NCBI GenBank assembly: GCA_022520065.1
Contig: GCA_022520065.1_3942.1
DNA length: 64,000 nt
From: a phage
Strand: one strand, 5' to 3'
Shown here in pieces: positions 52,056 through 60,556 of this stretch. Under the pieces are notes generated by a model. It made no database searches. It worked only from the letters and a program-made list of their open reading frames with translations, and was not told where the DNA came from. Numbering within the stretch: the stretch's first letter is position 1; every line of letters starts with the position of its first letter. The translations under genes and the position numbers were made by a program.

Positions 52056-54200
52056 ATGAACAAAGTACAGATTATTAAAAAGAATGGCTCACTTGAAGAA
52101 CCTGATATCAAAAAAGTTTTAGCAGCAGTAACTAAGTCAGCTAACAGAGTTGGTTATAAAGAGCTTCCACCAGATGTTACTCAAGCTCTTGAGTCAGCAT
52201 TTATGAGGATTCTGGTAAAGTCCACTAAACAGAATAATTTGCTAATTTCTGTAAATGATATTCACAGTATTGTTGAGGGTGCTTTGGCAGAAGTCAATCA
52301 CGAGATTTATGAGTCTTACTCAACATATAGAAATTACCGTAAAGAAGTTGCTCAAAATTGGGATGAGCTTTACCAGAAGACCAAAGATACACTCTTCTTA
52401 GGTGACCGAGAAAACGCTAATTTTGACAGCAGTTTAATTTCTACAAAAGGTTCAATTATTCGTGGTTATCTGACTAAAGAAATCTTTAAACAGTACCACT
52501 TAACACCAGAGGAACTTGAAGCCATTGAAAAAGGGTTTATCTATATCCATGATTTAAGAGACCTAATTTTTGGTGGTATCAACTGTTGCCTGTTTGACAT
52601 TGGTAAAGTCCTGAAAGGTGGCTTTGAAATGTCTGGCATCGAATATTGTGAACCGAAGTCTGTACTGTCAGCCTTACAGGTTATTGGTGATGTAGTTCTT
52701 TCAGCAACTGCACAGCAATTTGGTGGCTTTACTTTAGCAGAGATTGATAAGGTACTCATACCGTATGCTAAGAAGTCTCTACGCTATCATGCTGAGAAAG
52801 CAGCATCTTATGGTATTCCTAAAGAACATTACCACAATTATGTCATGGAGCAGCTACAGATTGAACTGACTCAAGGTTTCCAGTCACTTGAAATGAAACT
52901 AAACACTGTACCTTGTAGTCGTGGGGATTTTGCATTTACAACTTTAACATTTGGGTTGCTCGACTCAGATATGTCTAATGAAGACAACCGACTACAATAC
53001 ATGATTGCAAGTACTCTCCTAGATGTTCGTATGAATGGACAAGGTAAGAGCAAGAAGCCTGTTGTATTCCCTAAACTGGTTTATATTTATGACCAGAAGA
53101 GACACGATGAGAATATCTGTCAAGGACACCTGTACAGTAAAGCTATAGAGTGTTGCTCTAAAGCGATGTATCCAGATTTCTTAAGTGTATCTGGTCATGG
53201 TGCTGTAGCAGAAGCTTTTGAGCGTTCTGGCAAGGTTATTTCGCCGATGGGTTGCCGAGCGTTCTTATCTCCGTATCTTAACGAGAATGGGGAAGAGTTC
53301 TACGTTGGTCGTGCTAACATTGGTGCTGTATCTTTGAACTTACCAATGATTTACCAGTATTCTAAAGAGAACGGTTTAGATTTCTGGAAAGAGCTTGATA
53401 AGTACCTAGAAATGATTCGCAGCTTCCACAAGAAACGTTACGAAATGATTGCTAATATGCCAGCAAGTTCTAACCCTCTTGCATTTACACAAGGTGGTCT
53501 GTATAAAGGAACTAAGAAGCCTACTGACAGGGTTGGCTGGGATATTGTGAAGTCCTTCACAGCTTCTTTTGGGGTTACTGCGCTTGATGAGTTATCTGTT
53601 CTTGCTGAAGGTAAACGACTTCATGAAGTTGGAAGCTATAGTTTTGCATACGATGTTCTGGCGTACATCAACATGAAAACTGAAGAGTTTAAAAATGAAG
53701 ATGGTTTCTTATATGCAGTCTATGGCACTCCAGCAGAATCACTATGTGGGACTCAGCTAAAACAGTTCAGAGATATGTTTGGGGTTATCAAAGGTGTTTC
53801 CGATAAGGAATACTTTACAAACAGTTTCCATATGAATGTTGTAGCAGACATCTCACCATTTGAGAAGCAGGACTTAGAAGAGCCATTCTTCCATATCTGT
53901 AGAGGCGGTAGAATCCAGTATGTAAGAGTAGCTAACCCAGAAAACTTATCAGCACTTAAAAGTTGTATTACTAGAGGGATGTTGAAGGGTTTTTATCAGG
54001 GACTTAACTTTGACTTAGCAATCTGTGAGCATTGTGGTAACAGACCAAAGGCTGATGTTGAAGAATGTGAGGTTTGCCATTCACATGACATCTCTGTGAT
54101 TAACAGGGTGTGTGGTTATCTTGGATGGACTAAGATTAAAGGTGAATCACGAATGAATGATGCAAAAATCGCTGAGATTCGTGACAGAGTTTCTATGTAA
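52056..54200 (+). CDS. nrdD: anaerobic ribonucleotide reductase (class III)
   Basis: C-terminal glycyl-radical motif RVCGYLG and zinc ribbon CEHCG ... CEVCH. Confidence 0.9.
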   Translation: MNKVQIIKKNGSLEEPDIKKVLAAVTKSANRVGYKELPPDVTQALESAFMRILVKSTKQNNLLISVNDIHSIVEGALAEVNHEIYESYSTYRNYRKEVAQNWDELYQKTKDTLFLGDRENANFDSSLISTKGSIIRGYLTKEIFKQYHLTPEELEAIEKGFIYIHDLRDLIFGGINCCLFDIGKVLKGGFEMSGIEYCEPKSVLSALQVIGDVVLSATAQQFGGFTLAEIDKVLIPYAKKSLRYHAEKAASYGIPKEHYHNYVMEQLQIELTQGFQSLEMKLNTVPCSRGDFAFTTLTFGLLDSDMSNEDNRLQYMIASTLLDVRMNGQGKSKKPVVFPKLVYIYDQKRHDENICQGHLYSKAIECCSKAMYPDFLSVSGHGAVAEAFERSGKVISPMGCRAFLSPYLNENGEEFYVGRANIGAVSLNLPMIYQYSKENGLDFWKELDKYLEMIRSFHKKRYEMIANMPASSNPLAFTQGGLYKGTKKPTDRVGWDIVKSFTASFGVTALDELSVLAEGKRLHEVGSYSFAYDVLAYINMKTEEFKNEDGFLYAVYGTPAESLCGTQLKQFRDMFGVIKGVSDKEYFTNSFHMNVVADISPFEKQDLEEPFFHICRGGRIQYVRVANPENLSALKSCITRGMLKGFYQGLNFDLAICEHCGNRPKADVEECEVCHSHDISVINRVCGYLGWTKIKGESRMNDAKIAEIRDRVSM

Positions 54201-54353
54201 AACTTGACATGGTGGTGTGAGTCTTGATAGGCTTACATCACCTTTTTATTGGATGTTAGATATGGCAGAGAATATTATTGGGTTGTTCATAGGTTCTGTC
54301 TTACTAGGGTTCTTTTTAGGACTCTCTTATTGTGAATTAAGGGGCAAGTTAAA

Positions 54354-54554
54354 ATGTTTAAAATATCAAAAGCGTTGATATACATACTCCATATTCTAGT
54401 CTTCTTCTTTGGGGTTAGTGTTATGGTATGGGGTTTTTCAGACCCACAATGGGGTTTCTCATATCATGGTCAGATGGATTTATGGTCATGCTTCAAACCA
54501 TTTTTAGGGTTAGTCATAGCATTCAGTGCATTACCAACTAAGGTGAAATTATGA
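54354..54554 (+). CDS. hypothetical small membrane protein
   Basis: 66 aa, hydrophobic. Confidence 0.4.
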   Translation: MFKISKALIYILHILVFFFGVSVMVWGFSDPQWGFSYHGQMDLWSCFKPFLGLVIAFSALPTKVKL

Positions 54555-54946
54555 TTAAGTTGAGCCAAAAACAGTTAGAGTGGATTAAAGATTATGCCTT
54601 AGAGTGTGGCTCTTGTGAAAAGAATCACGTAAGATACTCAACATTCCACACGGTCTTCACATTGTATATCGGCGACAATGTTCTAAGTGATTCTGTAGAA
54701 GATGGTGTAGCATTGCCTAATGAATTGCTTGACAAATTAGCTGTAGTCACTGGAACTTGGTCTGAAGAAGATGGTCACGAACTATCTGATGATGTTGTCT
54801 TCTACAGTCTTGAAAACATCATGAATCCAGAGTACATTATGCTAATGACTTGCGCACAAGATTGTGTACCATTACAAAACTTCATTAAAGAGCACTGTGA
54901 AGAATTTATTACTAAACAGGTTCCTTGTCAGGTGGTGTTTGAATGA
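54551..54946 (+). CDS. hypothetical protein
   Basis: 131-aa ORF, translationally coupled. Confidence 0.4.
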   Translation: MIKLSQKQLEWIKDYALECGSCEKNHVRYSTFHTVFTLYIGDNVLSDSVEDGVALPNELLDKLAVVTGTWSEEDGHELSDDVVFYSLENIMNPEYIMLMTCAQDCVPLQNFIKEHCEEFITKQVPCQVVFE

Positions 54947-55242
54947 GTAAAACAATTCGAAGAAAAGGTTTAAAGAACGTTCATGGACTTTATGAGTGGA
55001 GAAATGAGGTACGTAACAGAGAAAATGCTTCAGATGTCTACTTCCATTCTGATATGATGTCCAGAAAAGGTGGCTCTTATGACTTTACAAGTCAGCCTTG
55101 TAGAGAGATTAAGAAGGCTACTAAACGTCTTACAAGAACACAAATAAGGCAGCTTTCTAAGACATCCTTCTTAGATGAAGACTTTGACATTGACAGTAAG
55201 TCTCCGAAGAAAGCTGCTAAGAACACTTATATGTATTGGTGA
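54943..55242 (+). CDS. hypothetical protein
   Basis: 99-aa ORF. Confidence 0.4.
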   Translation: MSKTIRRKGLKNVHGLYEWRNEVRNRENASDVYFHSDMMSRKGGSYDFTSQPCREIKKATKRLTRTQIRQLSKTSFLDEDFDIDSKSPKKAAKNTYMYW

Positions 55243-55251
55243 GGTAACTAG

Positions 55252-55737
55252 ATGAATTACATGGAGATTCGACCATTTGACACAGCTAATGGTGAAGGGG
55301 TTCGTGTAAGCCTCTTCGTAGCTGGTTGTAAGCATCACTGTGAAGGCTGCTTTAATAAGGAATCTTGGAAGTTTAATGCTGGTAAAGAGTTCACTTATGC
55401 AAACCTTTATGGCATCATTAAGTTAATGGATGATAATGCCATCAGTGGGCTGTCAATACTTGGTGGAGAACCTCTAGATGATAGAAATATTCAAGAGGTT
55501 ACCAACATATGCAAACGTATTAAAACCGTTTACCCAGAAAAATCTATCTGGCTCTGGACAGGTTTTCAGTTACATGAAAAAATTCACCTTGATGTGATGA
55601 AATATGTTGACGTGGTGATTGATGGTAAGTATGATTCATCTAAACCAACAGTTAAACCGTATCGTGGTTCAGATAACCAAAACCTCTGGAGAAAAGAGTA
55701 CGGATGGCAAGGTGATTGTCAGTGGAGAGCAGAGTGA
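55252..55737 (+). CDS. nrdG: anaerobic ribonucleotide reductase activating protein (radical SAM)
   Basis: Radical-SAM cysteine motif CKHHCEGC. Confidence 0.85.
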   Translation: MNYMEIRPFDTANGEGVRVSLFVAGCKHHCEGCFNKESWKFNAGKEFTYANLYGIIKLMDDNAISGLSILGGEPLDDRNIQEVTNICKRIKTVYPEKSIWLWTGFQLHEKIHLDVMKYVDVVIDGKYDSSKPTVKPYRGSDNQNLWRKEYGWQGDCQWRAE

Positions 55738-55833
55738 TTATTCTGGCAAATGGACTAAGGTATAACTCCAATTGGTATCACTGAAGAAGAACTTCATAAG
55801 TCCTGTATTAAACTTTAATGAGAGAGACTAAAA

Positions 55834-56100
55834 ATGGGAATTTTAGGTAATATGAAAGTTGGATTCTTGAAGGCACTGGAAAAAGCAGCAGCAATTGTTT
55901 CTATGACTGGAAAGCAGGTCGGTGTAGATGCTTCAGCGGTTGCACAGGTTCTTGCAAGCCAAATTGAACAGCAGCCTTACATCTACGTAGGACGTGGTAA
56001 AGGTGGTAAGAAACAAGCCCACCGCCAATCTGGTGCAGCAGCTATTAAACGAGCAGCTAAGAAAGCTCGTAACCGTAAACGTAACAAGAAGGTTAAATAA
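55834..56100 (+). CDS. hypothetical small basic protein
   Basis: 88 aa, C-terminus KRAAKKARNRKRNKKVK. Confidence 0.4.
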   Translation: MGILGNMKVGFLKALEKAAAIVSMTGKQVGVDASAVAQVLASQIEQQPYIYVGRGKGGKKQAHRQSGAAAIKRAAKKARNRKRNKKVK

Positions 56101-56102
56101 CC

Positions 56103-56423
56103 ATGAGCAAAGTTTATAACACTCGTAAATTACAGATTTTCGTACTGTGCCAGTTTATGGCTAAAGAATACAACTTCTACTATTGTGGTACAGGTTTTAT
56201 TAGCGATGATGATGGCTCATACCTCCCATTCAAAGAGGCTGTAAAACTCTTCAATGAAGAGAAAAGTTCTAAGAAAGATATTGAAAAGGTTAAGCTAACC
56301 TACAGCAAGAAAGATAAGAAGATTATCTGCCTAGATAACTTTGTGAAAGTTACTGGAGAAGCAAAAGAGTTTATGGATGAGAGTGAGATTTCATTCACAA
56401 GCATCTTGAAAGTAGCTCAGTAA
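56103..56423 (+). CDS. hypothetical protein
   Basis: 106-aa ORF followed by terminator. Confidence 0.4.
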   Translation: MSKVYNTRKLQIFVLCQFMAKEYNFYYCGTGFISDDDGSYLPFKEAVKLFNEEKSSKKDIEKVKLTYSKKDKKIICLDNFVKVTGEAKEFMDESEISFTSILKVAQ

Positions 56424-56474
56424 ACAGATACTATAAGGGGACTGTAAAGGTTCCCTTTTTATTTTGGAGGTAAA

Positions 56475-56990
56475 ATGTATCTGTCAAACCTGAAACGTTC
56501 GGTTGCAATGTCAGTTCTAAGACTCAGCTTTGATGAGCGTCAAGAGTTTATAGACTCCCACAAATATGACCCTTCAAATTCTAATCACATGGTTCTTTGG
56601 AATCGTGATAACTTCCGTGAAAGAGCACTTGTCCGTTATTACCCACACTACACAATAGATAACCTGTATGAATGGTGTGTTGTGAAGAACACCATTGCAA
56701 CACTGAACAATCTTTGCAGGTATACGGGTAAGCAAACATTTACATTAGGTCATCACAAACCTGTTACAAAAGGTGGTGAACATCACTGTGCAAACTGGTT
56801 TATCCAAACTAAAGCTGATAACCAGAAGCAAGGAGATAGCCTCCTAAGTATCCCTAAGATGACCTATGAAGAGCAAGAGAAATATATCAAAAATAATATG
56901 CCAGATGTGCTTGACAACAACTATACAGATTTGGCAATATCTCTCCTGTTGAAGTTCGAGACAGTTTATAGGGCAACTTATAATGGCTAA
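56475..56990 (+). CDS. HNH endonuclease-like protein (putative)
   Basis: GHHKPVTKGGEHHCANWFIQTKADNQKQG resembles an HNH motif. Confidence 0.45.
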   Translation: MYLSNLKRSVAMSVLRLSFDERQEFIDSHKYDPSNSNHMVLWNRDNFRERALVRYYPHYTIDNLYEWCVVKNTIATLNNLCRYTGKQTFTLGHHKPVTKGGEHHCANWFIQTKADNQKQGDSLLSIPKMTYEEQEKYIKNNMPDVLDNNYTDLAISLLLKFETVYRATYNG

Positions 56991-57261
56991 AGAAAAGTGG
57001 GAGATTTTACCATTAGTCAGTGAAGGAGGTAATGGTTGTGAAATGTACATGATACGTGGTCATGTTCCAGAGCCAATTGCACTTGAGATGGTAAACAACT
57101 TTACAGATGGTTCTTACAAAGACTTAGGCGAACCAACTGTCAAGCAACAATGGGTTAAACCTGTACCAGACAGCACAGGTAACTGTAGTGTACTTTATCA
57201 CGTTGTAGACCCTGCAAAATGCAAATCTGCAATGGCAGTAACAAACGTAACTTTTGATTGA
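56983..57261 (+). CDS. hypothetical protein
   Basis: 92-aa ORF. Confidence 0.4.
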   Translation: MAKEKWEILPLVSEGGNGCEMYMIRGHVPEPIALEMVNNFTDGSYKDLGEPTVKQQWVKPVPDSTGNCSVLYHVVDPAKCKSAMAVTNVTFD

Positions 57262-57272
57262 GAGAGAAAACT

Positions 57273-58154
57273 ATGAAAACATCTATCCGTGTTACAGTTC
57301 ATTCACCAACTAAAGGAACTCATGAAGAAGAGTTTAACATCATCCAATTTCCTTCTGGTGAGATTGGTGGACACTTTTCGCCAGAGTTTGTTGATTTCAC
57401 TGCTTATGCAGCATCATCCATCAACAATGTGATTATGATTGTAAAAGGTTATGATAAGGACACTTTGTTTGCTGTGGCACTTGCTAAAGAAGCAATTGAT
57501 GATTTAATTCCTCATGATTATGCTTTAAAGACTGTCATCTTTTACTACTTACCAAATGCACGTTATGACCGTCACATGTTTAAAGGCGACGCAGCAGCTT
57601 TAAAGGTTTTTGCTAAACAGATTAATGCAATGGGATTTGGCGCAGTCTGTGCAGTTGACCCTCACAGCTATGTACCAGATAACCTGTTTAACTGCTTCCA
57701 GAGTATTCCTCAAAAGGAAATTGCAGTCCACTATGCAAATGACCCACTGATTGATTACTTAGTAGCCCCAGATGCAGGTGCTGCTAAGAAGATTGCAGAG
57801 ACTGCTAAAGAGGTGGATAAACCATACATCACAATGTCTAAAGTGCGTAACCTTAAGACTGGTGAAATTACTGGTATGCGAATCCTTGATGATGTTGATT
57901 TGACAGATAAAACCGTCATGATTCTGGATGACATCTGTGATGGTGGTCGAACCTTCATAGAAGCAGCTAAGCATCTTCGTGAAGCAGGTGCAAAACGTGT
58001 GGAACTCTATGTAACACATGGTATCTTCTCTAAAGATGTTGAAAACCTTCTTGACAATGGCATTGACCACATCTACACTACAAACTCTTTAGGGGAAGCT
58101 AAAGACCGTGGCTTAACACATTATAGCCAAGTTACTGTAGCAAACCTTGATTAA
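57273..58154 (+). CDS. ribose-phosphate pyrophosphokinase (PRPP synthetase)-like protein; candidate ADP-ribose pyrophosphokinase (Adps)
   Basis: Phosphoribosyltransferase PRPP-binding motif VMILDDICDGGRT; about 294 aa; directly upstream of NAMPT-like gene; start set to ATG 57273. Confidence 0.7.
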   Translation: MKTSIRVTVHSPTKGTHEEEFNIIQFPSGEIGGHFSPEFVDFTAYAASSINNVIMIVKGYDKDTLFAVALAKEAIDDLIPHDYALKTVIFYYLPNARYDRHMFKGDAAALKVFAKQINAMGFGAVCAVDPHSYVPDNLFNCFQSIPQKEIAVHYANDPLIDYLVAPDAGAAKKIAETAKEVDKPYITMSKVRNLKTGEITGMRILDDVDLTDKTVMILDDICDGGRTFIEAAKHLREAGAKRVELYVTHGIFSKDVENLLDNGIDHIYTTNSLGEAKDRGLTHYSQVTVANLD

Positions 58155-58163
58155 AACTTTATA

Positions 58164-58184
58164 GGGGCTTAAAAGCCCCATTTT
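58164..58184 (+). terminator. Rho-independent terminator between the Prs-like and NAMPT-like genes
   Basis: Hairpin ggggc-ttaaaa-gcccc followed by a-tttt. Confidence 0.5.
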
Positions 58185-58199
58185 GAGAGAGATTAAAAG

Positions 58200-59981
58200 A
58201 TGACTAAATCACTTTATGCAGTACCAGCAGGTTTAAATGCAGATGCTTACAAATCTGGTCATGTTTACCAGTATCCTAGTGCAACAGAATATTTGATGTT
58301 CAACCTGACACCACGTAGCGACAAATGGTTTAACAGTCCATTAGCAATTGATGGTGTAGTCGCTTTTGGTATTCAACGTTTTGTTAAAGATTACTTGATA
58401 GACCACTGGAATGCTACGTTCTTTGAACGTGACAAAAAAGAAGCAATTGACGAAATCTTAGAAGTCATGAATGGTGTTCTGGGCAAAGATGCTATCGGTC
58501 GAGAGCATTGGGAAGCACTTCACGACTTAGGTTATCTACCAGTTGAAGTATACGCTGTAGAAGAAGGCACAGTTGTCCCTATGCGTGTTCCGATGATTGT
58601 TTTCCAGAACACTGTTTCAGGTTTCCATTGGGTAGCAGGTTATCTGGAAGATGCTTTCTCTGCTGAGATTTGGAAGGCTTGTACCATTGCAACTATTGCA
58701 TTGCACTACAAACGTATCTGTAAGAAGTGGGCTGACCTTACTTGTGACAACGACTTGCATTTGCCTTATCAGTGCCATGACTTTGCTATGCGTGGTATGT
58801 CCGGCTTTACTGATGACGCATTTAACGCTGTAGGCCACTTAACCAGCTTTAAAGGAACTGATAGCTTCCCTGCTGTGTATACGGCTAAACGAATCTATGG
58901 ACAGTCCTACCCAATCTCTGATATTGGTAGCTCTGTACCAGCCACTGAGCACTCTGTAATGTGTGCAAACATTGCTTGGGAAGGTGGTAATGAGTTGATT
59001 GAAGAAGAAAGACGCTTTAAAGGTGAGTTACAAACCTTCCGTCGTTTCTTAACAGAAACTTACCCAACTGGTATTGCAAGTATTGTTTCAGATACTTATA
59101 ACTTCTGGAGAACTGTGTCAGAAATCTTACCAGCACTCCGTAAAGAAATTATGGAACGTGACGGTAAACTGGTAATTCGTCCTGACTCTGGAGACCCTGT
59201 ACATATTGTCACAGGGTACAAAGCAATCCATTTAGAGTGTGCTAAAAAGTCTTATTACGAACACTTAAGCAAGCTTGAAGCCAGCGACACAATGTTGAAT
59301 GCTGTTCTGAACATGAAGCTTGAAAACATCAATTATGGTATTGCTGGATGGCTACTGTCAGAAGGCTACGAAATGGTTGTTGACAGAGAAGACTTTGAAG
59401 TTGCTGATACAGTGCTGTTGAAAAACGCATATATGGTTGGTTCTGCAAACGTTGTAACACGTCCTGTAGCAGAGATTGATGGAGCTATTAAGACCTTGTA
59501 TAACATCTTTGGAGGAACTATCAACTCTAAAGGTTTTAAGGTACTGGATGAACATATCGGCCTTATCTATGGTGACTCTATCACGTTGGAACGTGCAAAC
59601 GAAATCCTGAAGCGTCTGTATGAAATGGGGTTTGCAAGCTCTAACGTGGTGTTTGGTGTAGGCTCTTACACTTACCAGTACATGACTCGTGACACCTTTG
59701 CATTTGCTGTCAAAGCAACTCTTGCAAGCATTGGTGGCAAAGAGATTATGCTTGCAAAAGACCCTAAAACAGATAGTGGTGTTAAGAAATCTGCCTTTGG
59801 TGGTGTAGCGCCTATGTGGGATGGTGATAAGTTGAAAGCTGTAGATGGCTACGGATTCCAGAGTTTTGCAGATGTACTTGACCACCCAGCTTGTGCTTTA
59901 CGTTTAGTCTTTAGTGACTCTGAGCAGTTTGGTTACACAACTCTTGGTGATATTCGAAATAATATTGACAAGCAGCTTTAA
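58200..59981 (+). CDS. nadV: nicotinamide phosphoribosyltransferase-like protein (NadV/NAMPT family; candidate Namat)
   Basis: 593 aa; N-terminus NADAYKSGHVYQYP matches the NAMPT DSYK(V/S)xHxxQYP region. Confidence 0.75.
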   Translation: MTKSLYAVPAGLNADAYKSGHVYQYPSATEYLMFNLTPRSDKWFNSPLAIDGVVAFGIQRFVKDYLIDHWNATFFERDKKEAIDEILEVMNGVLGKDAIGREHWEALHDLGYLPVEVYAVEEGTVVPMRVPMIVFQNTVSGFHWVAGYLEDAFSAEIWKACTIATIALHYKRICKKWADLTCDNDLHLPYQCHDFAMRGMSGFTDDAFNAVGHLTSFKGTDSFPAVYTAKRIYGQSYPISDIGSSVPATEHSVMCANIAWEGGNELIEEERRFKGELQTFRRFLTETYPTGIASIVSDTYNFWRTVSEILPALRKEIMERDGKLVIRPDSGDPVHIVTGYKAIHLECAKKSYYEHLSKLEASDTMLNAVLNMKLENINYGIAGWLLSEGYEMVVDREDFEVADTVLLKNAYMVGSANVVTRPVAEIDGAIKTLYNIFGGTINSKGFKVLDEHIGLIYGDSITLERANEILKRLYEMGFASSNVVFGVGSYTYQYMTRDTFAFAVKATLASIGGKEIMLAKDPKTDSGVKKSAFGGVAPMWDGDKLKAVDGYGFQSFADVLDHPACALRLVFSDSEQFGYTTLGDIRNNIDKQL

Positions 59982-59995
59982 AAGTATATGATAAG

Positions 59996-60018
59996 AGGCT
60001 CCTACGGGAGCCTTTTTA
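59996..60018 (+). terminator. Rho-independent terminator after NAMPT-like gene
   Basis: Hairpin aggctcc-tacg-ggagcct followed by ttttt. Confidence 0.65.
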
Positions 60019-60034
60019 ATTTCTGGAGAAAACT

Positions 60035-60370
60035 ATGAAAATCAAAGAGATGAACATCAACATTGTCTTAGAAGAACGTTGGGAGAACATCAATAAGCCT
60101 GAAGATGGCCATAAGTTTCTTAACAAAATTTTAGTAGCAGCTAAAGAAGAACTGACTGGCAAGGTCGCAGCAGCAATTACAATAAAGGTCTGCGTAAAAG
60201 GTCTTCCAGACAATCACCAATTTGCGCTTGACGAGTTTAAAAAAAGCTTCTACAATCCAAACAAACAGATACTTGAAAGTAACTTTGCAGTATCTACAAG
60301 TATCGTCCATGACAGAAGCTTTATCCTTTACAAGAATATGAGAGGTGAGTCATGCAAGCATATTGGATAG
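60035..60370 (+). CDS. hypothetical protein
   Basis: 111-aa ORF. Confidence 0.4.
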   Translation: MKIKEMNINIVLEERWENINKPEDGHKFLNKILVAAKEELTGKVAAAITIKVCVKGLPDNHQFALDEFKKSFYNPNKQILESNFAVSTSIVHDRSFILYKNMRGESCKHIG

Positions 60371-60528
60371 AAATTTTACTGTCACTTGGTAGTGTAGCAG
60401 TATTTGTTTACCTCCTTTGTAAGTACTTTGCAGAGCACAAAAAATGTGACTACTGTAATGGAGAGGGGTACATAAGGGCAGGATGTTGCCCTATGTGTGG
60501 TGGTTCTGGTAAAATGTTTAACAAGTAA
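60352..60528 (+). CDS. hypothetical small membrane-anchored zinc-ribbon protein (58 aa)
   Basis: Short ORF read manually: hydrophobic N-terminus then CDYCNGEG ... CPMCGGSG. Confidence 0.35.
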   Translation: MQAYWIEILLSLGSVAVFVYLLCKYFAEHKKCDYCNGEGYIRAGCCPMCGGSGKMFNK

Positions 60529-60556
60529 TTTAACAGTAAACTAAGAGGAAAGTATT

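Noticed and set aside
59358-59885. 175-aa minus-strand ORF inside the NAMPT-like gene
   Set aside because: Antisense to a gene with strong motif support; no independent signals.
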